DNA of 52,153 nucleotides from Girardia tigrina (taxonomy: Eukaryota): the NCBI GenBank assembly GCA_001938485.1, contig MQRK01242144.1, positions 34,567 through 86,719 of the forward strand, in the 5' to 3' direction. The translations under genes and the position numbers were made by a program. Shown here in pieces: positions 1 to 13,910 of the stretch; positions within the stretch are counted from its first letter, which is position 1, and the number at the start of each line of letters is the position of its first letter. The notes under the pieces are model-generated. The model searched no databases, had not been told where the DNA came from, and saw only the letters and a program-made list of their open reading frames with translations.

Positions 1-160
1 AAATAAAAAACAAATTTATAAAATGTATTACGTTTTTAAGACATGAGTATGTAACATAGAATAAGAGTTCAGTAATATTTTCTATAATTTATATCTAAAC
101 GTGATTGTGAAGGCGAAACGGATAATGAAGCAACTGTAACCCTACTTTTGGCCCACCCTG
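1..160. mobile_element. End of a Tc1/mariner-type element
   Basis: cctacttttggcccaccctg|TA, the reverse complement of a CAGGGTGGGCCAAAAGTAGG-type TIR, followed by a (TA)n tract. Confidence 0.55.
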
Positions 161-474
161 TATATATATATTCAATTTCATCTTAACTGTTTCTCTATTA
201 ACCGCAAAAAGTCTGATTTTTCTGAATTTCACATAGAAAGTTTCTATCAGCTGCCAATTTATTTTTAAAAAAACTTTAAAATAGGACCCGGTAAAGAGTT
301 GAGACTCGTCACTTGGAGTTCGTTGGTATGTGGAAGGTTGATGAAAACACTGATCCCGGATTGAGACACCTCCGAAGTATCCATATTTTAAAGTTTTTGT
401 TAATTTTTAAATTACAGTAAACTTCCTCTTAACCACTACTTTTTTAAAAAAAATGACATCAGTTCTGTATATTA

Positions 475-700
475 TTATTGATAAGACACTACAACACATT
501 AAGTAATTTTCAAAATAGACAAAGTAAAGTCGCCTCAATACTCACAATATCTTATTAACTAAACATAAATTTACCATCAATATCAAGTTTTATTTCATTA
601 AAGTACACTTAACTTTTTTATTTAAAAAATTAGAATTTAGTAAAATAATAGTTGTCTGACTTTTATGGATACTAAAAACATAGAAAGTAATCTAAAAATT
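475..700 (+). mobile_element. Old PLE 3' remnant related to family 2
   Basis: LLIRHYNTLSNFQNRQSKVASILTISY* is homologous to 17441-17524. A decayed hammerhead-like string lies at about 656-692. Confidence 0.55.
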
Positions 701-715
701 AAGTACTGGCCACCA

Positions 716-1050
716 GACCGAGTAAGTGTGGGTTGTCGCCGGTCGGAGAGGTAGCTTGATCACTCCGTGAATGTCAACGTTTTCATTCGCTCATATGGCA
801 ACCGGTTGGATCTGGTTCAGATACTCGCTTTCGAAACAGCCGGTAGGAGTTCCCCGTTCTCTTGAAAGACCAAGTGTAAGGTCCGATCCGATCAATTGCA
901 TCGCTCGCGAATTGGAAGTGTTACGGGAAAAAGGAAAATGCGATTGTGCACCAATTAACATTTATTAAAAATTACACGTCAAACATTGTCAAACATTTTG
1001 TCAAACATTGATTATTGTTTTTTTTTATCATCGCCACTCCAAATCACCAC
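716..1050 (-). repeat. Unclassified GC-richer coding-derived repeat (copy 1)
   Basis: Collinear with 44290-44753. Confidence 0.8.
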
Positions 1051-2699
1051 AAAAAGCCTATCTGATCATCAAATAATTAATTAATAATAAGTATAATAAT
1101 AATAATAATAATGCAATAGTTCTAACCTATGTAAGTTTGTCAAGAAAGTTCTGTAACAATTTTCTTAGAATTAATAATAGATTATTTTATTTATTTATTA
1201 AGTATTAATTTAGTAATTAGGATAATCGAATGATGATTGATAAATTAATTTTTAAATCCTGAAGGTAAATGATTGCCAATAACAATTAAATAATATTATA
1301 AAGATAAAAATATTTTTGAAAAATGTTTAAAATAAATCTAATTAAAAAACAAGGATATAAAATATTTCTAAATTAATGATAAAATATGAGTATTACTAGG
1401 AAATATTTTTGTTGAGCATTATAAACTAATTATATATTATTTCTATTAAAGCAAGATTGACAGAAATTCAATTTGTAATTTGTATCTCTTCTGCCGCTGT
1501 TGAGGGTAAATAATTGAGGTGAAATTATATATTTCCTGCTTTAAAATATTTGAGTCATACATTTTTTGTAATATTTACAAATGTGAATATTATTAAAAAA
1601 AAGTTAAGCAAATGAACGACACTTCAAAAATATCTATAATTTAATGATTAAAAAATTAAAAAATTACTTACATTTTTAAATAAATCTTTCATTTAAAGAT
1701 AAATATGAAGATTTATTACACAGACGGTTTTAGAAGAGTATAATAAATTTGAAAAAAATATATCGATTTTATTATTTTAATTATTTGTATAAATATAAAA
1801 ATATATATCCGTCTATCTATTTATACATTTTTTTTGTTGAAAAGCACTACCGAAAATTAAAGTGGATTTATATGGTACAGTATGTCATACATATGTGTAG
1901 TTACTGTATTATTAATGTACTTTTATTATTACTGTTTATTATTAATTTATACTGAAATTATTTTTATCAAATTGTTTTGAATAATAATTTTGAATAATAA
2001 ATTTTGAATAATAATAACATCAAAGTCAAAGAACATCAAAGCCAGAATAAAAATAATATAATAAATTTTAAGATCTGGAACAATTATTGAAGCTTTCTAA
2101 AACTTTAATAGTGCGAAATAACTTTATTCTTTTATATAGTTAATGACATTTATTGAAAAAAATGATTCATCATTCTAGAAAACATGAATTTTTTGATTAG
2201 GACTTTCAAAAAAAAATCTTTGATTTATGTGGTAAAGTCCTTTTCAGATAAGTGCGTTGAATTTTCAATTAACAGTAAAGATCTAAATCCAGTGGGCAAT
2301 CTAAAAATAAATTAGCTATTAAATATAATAAAATATAATGAAACATATTTTAAGTATAGCTATCCGCGTTTAAAAATCTGTTACAATATATAAAAAAATG
2401 TTCTTAACCCTAACACATTCAATGCACACAATATGTATAGACAATACATACCTGCAAAAGCAATACATACCTAATACACACCCGTATCAATCTTACTTAA
2501 ATGCAAAGTCCACAATTCATTACATAAATTTTATATTAAAAAAACCTAAAAACATCTAAGAAAATCAGAATTTTTAAATCACCAGTGCTAATAACGCTGA
2601 ATCATGGTATATTAATATTATTTATCTTCTTTTTTTATTAAAAAATTAGCAGAATGTCGGAAGACAATGAAAAGACCGTGTCGTAAAAATTTCCAGAAA

Positions 2700-3250
2700 A
2701 TCAGAAATAATGGTCCATTTCAAATGTAATTAATTAATTACATAAAATCAATGATTGACAAAGAGCGGCTTATCAGAGTCCATAATTTTAGCAAAGATTA
2801 TTTAACGTTTGCTATACATTTATACATTTCTGAATATACCGCCAAAAAATAATTTATTAATACGAAATAAACTGACCAAATATCAGAAGACACAAAAAGT
2901 CTGCAGTGTTAATCATGCCAAATATAATGAATTTGTTACGGAGCTTTAGAACAGTTAGCCCAGAACGACTCATTATCTTTTACAGGATAATGCTCGTATA
3001 TATTCGAATACCATTTTAAATCATGAATTAGCATACTGTTCCCTGATGCATTATTCATTAATCCAATCGTGGCATTTTTCGCGAAATTGAAGAAGGACTT
3101 TAGGATAGAAATGACGAATTACACAGACATCCTGGTCATCACTAAGTAAAGAAGAGTAGCCGTACTAATTGAAAAGATTGAACTTTTGGTGGCCAAAGAG
3201 ATCTACAAGGATATGACGAATTATAATCGTTATACAAAGAAATTCTTTGT
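2700..3250 (+). mobile_element. Decayed Tc1/IS630-like transposase fragment
   Basis: DNARIY and LFINPIVAFFAKLK resemble DNARIH and PFLNPIE.F..LK. Confidence 0.5.
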
Positions 3251-4388
3251 AAAAGAAATTTTTGCTTTATAAAAGCAGACATATATGGTGATTGATAGAA
3301 TAAATATTAAATAAAATTCTTACTTTTAATTCATCCAAAACAATGTAAAATTTCATAAAAGTTCATTAATAATTTATGGTCATATTGTCATTAATTTACA
3401 GTTAACTTCAATCCCCTTTAATAAGTATTTCATAAATATTACTTTCAAAGTATATGTTTCTTTTGGATAAAGGATTTTAAGTAAAATCTAAAAATATCAT
3501 ACAATTATGATATCAATATTTTTAAAAGAAGTGTTTCAAAAATATTATGTACGAAAAATCTATAAAATATAAAAAAAATTAAATTACATTAAAATTATTT
3601 TTTAAAAAGTTTAATTTTTATAAAAATCTTTATTAAAAAATTCCATTGAACTTTACTTAAATATTTCAAATAATATTTTCGATATTATTTATTGACTGAA
3701 TTTATTCAGATAAAACCGACAAGTAACAGGAAATTCAAAGATGCTTTGCTATATCTTAATTAATATACAACTGCAAAAGAAAATTTTTTTATGTAGTAAA
3801 ATACTTTATTTTATTAAGAATAATAACATATTATATTTTATTTTTTTACACATCTCTATGTTCAGCAAGTTTAGAGTTAGTATATATCTGTTTTGGGTAA
3901 TTTTATTACTTCCTTTGGTTTGATCGGATCAAATTTTTCACCTCAATAGCTGTGACGAGGGATCTCTTAAATAAATGTTATGTGATCCTCAGCACATAAA
4001 TACTTGTATACAAAGTATAAGTCCAATGTAAGAGACACTGATAATTAATTAATTAATGTTTTAAAAATAACAATAAAAATTTAATTAATATAAAAAATTA
4101 GTATATTTTAAAGTTGCAAAGGAAAAGAAATTTCGACGTTTATTAAGTTAGTTTAAATTAAAAATGCTATTTTTAAAGTTGTTTAAAATTCAAATTTAAA
4201 TTAAGCTTCCGTTTTGAAGTTATTAAAATTACAAAATAATATAAGTTTTAAATTGAAATTTGAACAATATTTCATACATATGAGTTACAAAATAAAATTT
4301 ATCAAGGTAAATAAAATGTATATTTAAAATTATTGATACATAATAATAATGATAATAATAATTATTATTAGCAACATCACAATTTGAG

Positions 4389-4820
4389 TGTAAACATTTA
4401 TTAACACAAACATTTTCAGTAGCAATTTCTGCGGGACGCCTCGTTCTTGATTAATATATTTTTTTGTTGATAATATTCAAATCTTTGATTTAATTAATGA
4501 GTTGAAAATTATATTAATTTTTAATTTCTCAAAATTTTATTGGATAAAAATGCATTAAATGTTAATTTTAAAATAAACATTAGTTTTTAAAATATATTAA
4601 ATTTAATAAGTTAAAATCGTTTTACTAAAAAAATATTATTAAAATTTATAATAATAAAACTTTTTCATTAATAAGTATTTAAAGATTAATATCATTAAAT
4701 TAATTTCATTAGATTCAAATAATTAATCAATAAACATATCAATCCCATCTGAGTAGGAGAGTCACAAATCTAAACAGCATACAAACAACTAACTTACAAT
4801 ATTAAAAATTTTCCCTCACA
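4389..4820 (-). repeat. Probable solo LTR, divergent family member
   Basis: Minus strand TGTGAGG...ctcctactcagatgg...AATAAAtgtttACA. No TSD seen. Confidence 0.5.
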
Positions 4821-5929
4821 ATAATTATCATTATTATTATTAATAATAATAATAACGATAATTATAATATTATTATTTTATTATTTTTATCATTATTAGT
4901 ATTTTGATTTTAAATTTTACTTATCGTATTTGCGTGATTATTTTTTAGGAAATTATTTTATAAACATGTCTCAGAAATCTCAAAAAGTATGAACTTATTT
5001 TATCTTCTATACATAAATACAGAAATATATATTCAGAAATTAACTGGTCTTTCAGAAGTACAGGAGATAACTAAGAATGAAAATAACAATAAATGAAAGA
5101 AAATAGAGGAAAAAAATATAAAAATCATATAAAATCAATGCTAACTACAATACTACCACCTTTACTATATAGACTAATAATTTCGCTAAAAAAAGAATAT
5201 TTTTTATACAAGCAAATAAATGTAATATATAAAACCGTTATGGACATTGGGGAAAATCAATTGCAAATAAATTTAAAGAATTAAATTAACAAATTAAAAT
5301 TAAAATTAAATTAAATTACAGTAATGACATAAATAGTAATGTAACATATTATCTTCTCTATAGATTGATGTTCTGAGTTATATTATAAATACCTCGTCGT
5401 AAAGATGTCGTAAATTTAGTATAAAATTTTTACACAGACAAAATCATAAAAAGGTACAAATATATTTCTTCTTTTCGATAAATTAACCAAAATATTCTCA
5501 AATGCTTCTATTAATAATAAAAAACTATCATTAATATTTGATAGAAATATTTTTGCGCATAATTTTTAATTCTTTCATAATATGAAATATTATAAGTAAT
5601 ATTTTCATTAAGAGAGACTTTCACAAACAGAAAAAAATGATCACTTTTAAATAATTTTTCCAAATTTAGTAATAATTAAGTGAAGATCTGGAAATTATTA
5701 TCTTAAAATTATATTCACAACTTATATATTAATGTAATTAATATACAATAGATAGAGTCATCAATAATGTTTAACAGAGATTTTCAGTTCACCCTTGGAT
5801 ATTAACTTTCTGATCATTTGATCTTATATAAAATTAATACTTCACTTTTTCTAAATAATTTTTAAATCAATTCCACAGAATTTAATAATTCTTTTTATCT
5901 GAGTTTTACAATTTAAATTAGGTTCAGAC

Positions 5930-6040
5930 CAATAATCTTTGTCCAAGAGTCGTTTGTCCTTTGTCCGTGTACAGAGATGACAAAATGTCTCTCCAGTATA
6001 TGTTGCATTACACCCATTACAAGTTTATATTTCCGGTGAC
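5930..6040 (-). mobile_element. Decayed PLE GIY-YIG fragment
   Basis: Minus strand C.GCNATYTGET..HLCTR, similar to the 19.8 kb copy. Confidence 0.55.
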
Positions 6041-7509
6041 CAAACACGAACGGAGAGTTATTGATGATTTAGGATATGAAGATATTAGGATATGAAAGTT
6101 TCATTTCCATACACTAAATAAACATTAATCATTTCAAATAATTTTGATACAGGATCACTTCTCAACATGAAATTAATTAAAAATAACTTCAAAAACGCAG
6201 ACGAAAAACTATGGCGAATAATGCAGTCATTCAATAAAAGATGAACAGAATTTTGGTCAAATGTTTATTGTCTTAAAAAATTTCATCATTTTTTTTATTT
6301 TTACAAACCAAATGAAAACATTTGATCCCTCGTGAAGTCACATTTATTTATATTTTTATGTGAAGAATAAATTCATTGTGACTTCAGAAAGGAAATACTG
6401 CTTAAATATCTGTTCATTTTAGCAATAAAATAATTTATATATATTTTAGAATTAAAATATTTTTTTTCGTAATAAAAATTTTATTGTTTTACAAAAAAAG
6501 AAAAAGGATTAATAAATATGAAAATATTAATTTCAAAATTAATAAAATATCTTTCAACATTTGAAATGTAAGCAACATTTTAAAATATATATTTCAATTT
6601 TCTTCATAGAAAAATTTTAAAAATGAAAAAAATAAAAGGAAAAATTATGTAATTTAAAAAAAAATTACTGCAAGTCAATAGATTATTATTTCGTTATAAA
6701 TCAAATCTTTTTAATGATGATAAAAAATGATGATAAGGCCAACCCTTAGTAGTTTACTTCTGATTTGGGCCAAAACTTAAACTTGAATTAATATTTTTAT
6801 ATCATATGCATATATACAAAGGTAAATTTTTGAGGTTTGCAAGTCTTTATAAAAATTTTCCTAAATCTCTATAGATCATTTTCTATCGTTATTTATACAT
6901 ATAAAATATTTTAAAGAAAATGTATCCAACAAGCTTCATGAGATATAAATTCGATAATCTCTTGACTTCAAGAACGAAATCGTAACTATAGCAGAAAATA
7001 ATGGCCTCGATTAGCAAACGGTTTCTAAGATACTCCGAAATTGCCATGAAGGTGTTACTTTTGTACTTTCTATGGAAAAATATACGAAAACCAACAAAAT
7101 GCTAAAAGAATAATGGATGTAAAAAAGCAAATGTCAGTTAATAAAATGATAAGCAATAAATAAATTAAAAATAATTATAAAGGATCCGAAAACTATTCGT
7201 TATAAATCAAATCTTTTTAATGTTGATAAAAAATAAAAAGGCCAATCATTAGTAGTTTACTTCTATAATATTAATAATATTAATTGTAGTGCTCTACTAA
7301 TTATTGTTATTAATATTATTAGCTATGATAATTATGATATTGATTATTATTGAATTGAGAAATTAATTGTTGGAATTCAGGTTGTATACAAAATAAATTT
7401 GAATTTATACTTCTTTTCAAGGATTATTATTTATGTAGCTTGAGGACATATTCCGTCCTCAACATTAATAATATTAATACATCTATTAATATATAATTCA
7501 GCAGTTATT

Positions 7510-7616
7510 CAGTGCGCTATTTGGTCAAGGAAGTGGCGAGTGATGATGAAAATACAAAATATCGCTCATCGTATTTTCGTCATCACTCGCCACTTTCACG
7601 ACCAAATATCGCTCAG
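7510..7616. repeat. Imperfect ~46-bp-arm hairpin (MITE-like)
   Basis: gcgctatttggtcaaggaagtggcgagtgatgatgaaaatac pairs with gtattttcgtcatcactcgccactttcacgaccaaatatcgc. Confidence 0.75.
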
Positions 7617-8799
7617 AAAAACATCCGACCAACCTGTAATGTTCATCTGGAATTTGCTAAATTTGATGTACAATAATGAAAATAAAACTGACGTTCCTTT
7701 ACACAGGAAACCATTTTTATTCTAAAACTTTTATCACAATTGTATGTTTAATATTTAATGATTTAGAATATATATTTTAAGATTTTTTAAAATATGTTAC
7801 AGCAAAATAATATTTAACAAAGGTCTTTTTATTTTTATTATTTTCTTGTTTTTAAATATATTTGGAAGGCATTTCTGATTTTCGGTAAGCATGTTCAAAT
7901 CATTCAAAAATCAAATAAAAAATTTTGTAAATTCTACGAAGTTCTAAATTTTATATTACAGCTTTAAAACTGAGGCAGTTGAAAAATAAAATTATTTTTT
8001 TGTGTATGTAAGAGTTTTAATTTTATGTGGAAATTTTCTAATTATTCTTATTGAAATTATAATTATATAATGCGGAATATTTTCAATAATAAAAAATAAA
8101 TTACAAAGCAATAACTTTTCTATAAAAACGGAATAAATATGATTAATTATTATTGACCTTTTATTAAAAATTTGTAATAATCAGTTGAAATTGAAAAACA
8201 CATAAATAATTAAAATAAATTGAATTTAATTAATACTAATTCCAACAAAAAACTCATACCCTACAAAACAATATTCATGACACATTTAAAATACTTTTCA
8301 ATTTTTGTTACAAATTAAATATTTCATAGGATTTTAATAAAATAATATTTCAATAATAAAAAAACATTATAAATAATTAATTAAATATAACTCAATAAAA
8401 TAAGTCAATAAATATTTTAATTTTTTATTTCTATTTTTTTTATATTTTCGAATTAATTCAACTGAAACAAATTAACTATGTTAATATAAAAATAATTGTT
8501 AAATTACTTTGTAATTTATATATTATTTAAAAAAGAGTTTGTTTTCTTGTCTATCCAAATATTTTTTTTATTTTTAGTTTTTGTAAATTGAGAAGGTCAA
8601 AATAATGCTTTTAAAAATTATTTTTCGATTTATAGTTGTTTAATATCAAAATAAATATTAAGAAATGTTAATTAGCATCTTGAATTTGTGATAATATTAC
8701 AGGGAAATTATGTAAAATTACCTTATTTCTTCTATTTTATGAATAAATTGAACATTCCAAGAATTTTTTTTTAAATTTTCTATTTTCTATCAATTAAAA

Positions 8800-9330
8800 G
8801 GAATAATTTATCAGCAAAATCTGTGTGAACTTTATGCTTTTACTGCTAAAAGTGGTGATATATTCGTCTTTTATTACATTTAGTTACGGAATATTTAATT
8901 TATCTCTCGGTTCCCACACAATATTTTGAGTAAATTCAAAAAACACCAAATACATCTTTCTTCTCCTTTGAAAACAGTTTTCCTCTACAAATCCCAAAGG
9001 TCTTTAACATTTGACCATAACTTTCAATAAATCACTGTGTTTAATTTCATGTTGACGTCGTCAGGTAAACATGAATTATGTTTAAGGTTTGATAATGATA
9101 TATAATATCGTTTCATTCTAAAAACTCATCAACGTTTCTGCGACGTTAAATTATTGCTGCAATTTCTTCTTAGGATCAAAACGCATTCATCCAATTTCTT
9201 TTCCGAATACAAATATTTAGGTCATTTGAACATCACTTTGTAAATCCCGCTCTGCATTAATATCATTAATAAATAATGAGAAGTTTCTCTTAATAAATTA
9301 ACATTTGCCCTTTTAAAATCTTTTTATCTA
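8800..9330 (-). mobile_element. Decayed non-LTR (CR1/L2-like) RT remnant
   Basis: Minus strand FSLFINDIN..LQSD and W.MRFDPKK-like motifs. Confidence 0.45.
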
Positions 9331-9763
9331 CTTTAAATTCTATTTGCCAAATTCTTGTATGCCAATTTGGCAGCTTCTATTTTATACTTTGCGTAATTTT
9401 TTCTATTAATATAAGATAAGTTTTTTTTTATTAAATTGTTAATTATTTAAGCTATATATTATGTAAATTGAAGAATGCATTTTTACAAAGAATATTTATT
9501 TAAACAATAGTTGCCGAATGTTGGATATACAAATAATACACTTTTATACAAGTTTTAAATACTTTCGTTTCAATAACGCCGATATTGAATAATAAAAACT
9601 TAAAACGGAAAGTTTATATTTCAATGATTTTGTGATTATATACGGAAATTAATACTTAATAATTAAATTATTAACAATTAAATAAATAATTATATAATAT
9701 TTTAAATTGTTGATAAAAGTATTTTAAATGTTTATAAATCTATTATATTTTTGGTTATGTTTA

Positions 9764-10835
9764 CGTCGTGCGCCTAATAAGTAGTGAAACTCTAAATGAA
9801 AAAAAATTAATGAAATAAGACAAGCAAAAAAATATATATGTGGATGTATGTTAGTAAATATTATAAATTTTATTTAAAATAGTCAGATTCTTTTTCTTTT
9901 TAAGAAAGGCAAGAGGATTTTGTCAGCAGTGCATATGTTTTTGCTATTTATGGGATGAGTGTACTCCCAGATCAACAATTTATCGTTGGTCAATTACGTT
10001 CAGAGTTGGAGAACCTCTAGTACTGATGATGAAATGTCAGGAATACCTTGTGAAATCGATTAATTGATAAAAAATTGTATAGAACGAGAGGAAAGTTACA
10101 ACCAGAAATGTGACATCTCGTCTTAATATAAGTAATAGAACTTTTACCACCATGTGTAGTGCAATTTTCATCAAGCAGTTATGCAATCGCTTCTTGCAAC
10201 AATCTTTTATTGGTGAAATGAAGAATCGCGGAGAGAACAATCAGATTTTAGACGATGTTTGAGAGGGTATCTTGAATAATATCATCACAATTTGGTAGTA
10301 AAAATCCTGGGAGAAGTCAATTCTAAGCAGATAAGATCTTCAACAAGTTACTGAAATGTTCTCATGTCGACTATTTTTTGTGATGCTCTTGACCTTATAC
10401 TGGCTGATGTTACAGAAAATGTTGACCGAATCAACAGCTTTTACTACTTCAATCTAATACAACTAACTAAAAAGCTTAAAACTTTATGTTTTACTCGACA
10501 ACACCAATATTCACACAAATGGAGTTTCATTGAGCACAATTAAAAGATGTGAATTGGAACTGCTTCAACATTCAGTCACATTTAGCCTCATTAGACTTTT
10601 ACTTGCTTAATCACTTTAAAGAACTCTGAAATGTCAAAGACTTGACGCATTCTTTTACTGAAAAGTCATTAAACTCCTTCCAAATTGCTAAGTCGCACGC
10701 TGGAAAAGAGTGTTGATAAAATGCAAATTATTTTCAAAACACCCTTTATGAATTCCTTGTTGCAAATACAAATTATATTCTTTTACTCATTTCTCTCTAT
10801 AATAGCCCGTTAGTTATTGTGCGCACCACTCGTTA
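9764..10835 (+). mobile_element. Highly decayed mariner
   Basis: TIR-like cgtcgtgcgcctaataagtagtga resembles the 22.6 kb TIR. Peptides STIYRW..F..G and RKVTTRNVTSRLNIS. Confidence 0.6.
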
Positions 10836-11350
10836 AAATCACTGACATAATTATCAACCCATTTATTTTTAATTATGTACATTTATTTTATTAATATTTA
10901 TTTATTTATTATTTATTTATAAAATTATGTATTTTATTAATTTTATTTATATACTTAATTTTTATTTATATATATAAATTCAATTTTTAATCATAATGTA
11001 ATGCAAAAATTTTTATCACAACTAAAAAATTCAAATAAAATTTAATTTAAATTTTTAAAATATTATTAATTTTTCTTTCTAAACAATTCGTAATTCAAGA
11101 AACCAAAACTTGATCTCGTAAAATCATCAATTAATTAGAATGAATCAATTCTCTACTAAAGTCGATCATTAGACAATTGTAAAACGCAATATTAATTTTG
11201 AACAATGACCGTTTTTCACAAATTAATTTTTTCAATTAATAAAAAATATTTCATTTTCTATATTACTAGTTTTTTTCAATTATTATTTAGATACATATTA
11301 TATGTCTATATATGCAAACAAAGACCATTTTTGATTATTAAATTTATTCC

Positions 11351-11393
11351 CAATACATACGCGTTTCACCATTTCGGCATCTTCAGTGCAATG
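11351..11393 (-). ncRNA. Minimal type I hammerhead ribozyme (PLE family 1)
   Basis: Minus strand: TGCA-CTGAAGA-T-GCC-GAAAT-GGT-GAAA-CGCG-TA-TGTA. Intact core, palindromic ACGCGT, predicted GUA cleavage triplet. Confidence 0.85.
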
Positions 11394-13184
11394 AAATAAA
11401 GTGATTAATTGCTATTTATATAGTTGAAAAACTATTAAATCGTATGTCTCAAAAACATGCTTTTTTGCCTTATTTTTTTTAATTTTTTATTAAAAAAAGT
11501 ATTTTAATGATATTTAAAAAATTTGCACGTTTAAGCATGGTTTATGATGCTTTATTAACAATGCTTCGGCAATAATCCTTTCATAATTTTTGTCAAAATT
11601 ATTTAAAATCACTTTGAAATCTTTATTATGATCTATAAGATCACCTTTACATTTTTTAATATGGCTCAATATTTAACTATTTCTACTCGATTGAGTATGT
11701 TCAGCAATTCTAGTGCGGAGATGACGACTTGTCTCTCCAATGTACAAGGCTTCGCACTTGTGACATTTGAATTGATAAACTAGATTTGCCTTAATACACG
11801 AAGGAGTTTTTGATTTGTTGGAGCAATAGTTCCGGCATTTATTAGTTACAAAGATTACTCTCAATTTTAAGCCAACAGGTGTTAGATGTTCTAAAAATCG
11901 TTTGAACTCTTTTGCTCTCTCTGAGTACGGTAATTTTAGATTGATAGTCATTTGATTATCAATGTCATTTCCAGAAGTTATATTTGATGCATTATTTGAT
12001 TTTAAATAAATGGATTCAACAGTATCTTTTATGATTTTATTTAAATACTTTTTATTAAATCCATTTTTAGAAAGTCTATTATGAAGTTCAACTTCATTAT
12101 TAAATGACTCAAAAGTTGATGTTAAACTCCAAGCTCTATGTACCAAGCCTTTAATCATGTTCCTATTGTATTTTGGGTCAGAAAAACTGTTTGGGCAACT
12201 GTAAAAACCGGTATCAGTTGGTTTTCGATAGATTCGAGTCTGATATTTATCTTTAATTCTTTCATTTTATACGTCTAAAAACGATAGCTTGTTAGTATTT
12301 TCCATTTTAAAGATAAACTTGATATTAGGGTGAAGACCATTTACAAACTCTAAAAAACTTGAGACATTATCTTCACCTTTAAATATAAGAAAAGTGTCAT
12401 TTACATATCTCGTATAGAAGAAAGGCAATTCACCATTAAAATTATTGAACCTTTGTTCTAAATTATGAAAAAAGATAGAGGCCGTCAAAAGCGATAAAGG
12501 TGAACCCATAGTGATTCCATCAGTTTGCATAAACCTTTCCTCACTAAAATAAATGGTACGTTTTTAGTACTGAATTCCAATAATGCCCTTAATGCTTTAC
12601 TACTTAGTGATTTTGTTTTATCTTCTACCAAATTATCCCATAATTTAACACATAAATTAATGGTTTCATTTAATGGAATATTGGTGAAAAGATTTACTAT
12701 ATCAAATGAAACCATCACGTCACTGTCCGATTCAATATTCATATTCAAAATGCGATTAACAAATTCAAAACTGTCTTTTAACCAAAGGTTTTAATAATCT
12801 CTCTAGGATTTTCGCCATTTGATATTGTGCACTACCAATCATAGACAAAACAGGTCGCATTGGAATACCTTCTTTATGAATCTTAGGTAGACCATAAAGT
12901 TTTGAAGGTTGCGATCCTTGCACAATAAAACCATTTTTTAATTTATTATTAATATCCTTTCTTTTAACTAGTCTATTAATCATTTTATTTAGTATGTTCA
13001 TAATTTAAAGGGATTGGCAGACAATTTTTTCTACAATAAATTTTATTAAATTTATCTGTATTTAATATGGAATACATTTTTTCTAAATATTCAGATCTAT
13101 TTAAAAAAAATAAAAAAACATGATTTTGAGACGTATGAATTAATAGTTTTTCAACTATATAAATAGCAATTAATCACTTTATTT

Positions 13185-13227
13185 CATTGCACTGAAGATG
13201 CCGAAATAGTGAAACTCGTATGTATTG
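13185..13227 (+). ncRNA. Hammerhead ribozyme, degenerate inverted copy (PLE family 1)
   Basis: TGCA-CTGAAGA-T-GCC-GAAAT-AGT-GAAA-CTCG-TA-TGTA. Stem II and the palindrome each carry one substitution. Confidence 0.7.
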
Positions 13228-13910
13228 GGAATAAATTTAATAATCAAAAATGGTCTTTGTTGGCATTATTATTAAAAATGGCATTATTAATTCTAGATTA
13301 TATATATATATATATATATATCCAATCAGAATTTGGGTAGGGTTTGTTTTTTGGTAATAATATATCAGATGGAATCCAAGTACTCAGAAAATATAAAGTT
13401 GAATATCTCAGGTCGATCGAAAAGGTGTTCCATAAAGCTCATCGTAAGTTTGAAGATCAATTTATGCGTATATCCAATAAACTGCTATCAATGAAACATA
13501 AAGACGATAATTTAACCGAGATAACTCTACAAATTTTCAAAAACAGGAAGTTTTTTGTAATACAAATATATATTCACCTTTTTGCTTATGTGTACTGTCA
13601 ACTTAAGTTTAATACCGTCTAAATGTTTTCTAATAATGAAAATGCATATTGATTTAGAAATGAAAAATGTTTTATACATTCTGTTTGATCACGTTGAAAA
13701 CATTTTGCTGCATATGAAAATAAACGACCAGATATTATAAATATTGGAAAATTCTTGACAAAAATTCAATGACTGTTTACTGAACACGTTTTTATGAACT
13801 TAATTTCGTCTGTGTCTGTTTGTCCGTGATTTGTTTCATATTTTGTAATACATTTTTCATCTACTTTCCATTGTCCGATTAAGCTGAAGTTTTGCCCAAT
13901 AATGTTCTCT

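Larger units (their letters stand above)
11312..13266 (-). mobile_element. Penelope-like retroelement, 5'-truncated and frameshifted (RT plus GIY-YIG endonuclease), with inverted pseudo-LTRs 11312-11466 and 13112-13266
   Basis: ORF pieces LYGLPKIHK..PMRPV, SFDIVNLFTNIP, QTDGITMGSPLS, RYVNDTF, FLDV, LVYQFKC..C..LYIGETSRHLRTRIAEH. The ~155-bp ends are reverse complements. Confidence 0.95.

Noticed and set aside
1749-5284. Short I/K/N/F/Y-rich ORFs (also many others in the track)
   Set aside because: Composition reflects AT-rich non-coding DNA or antisense frames of TEs; no motifs or splice support.
10023-10040. CTGATGATGAAATGTC motif
   Set aside because: No stem II; it is mariner coding sequence (TDDEMSG).
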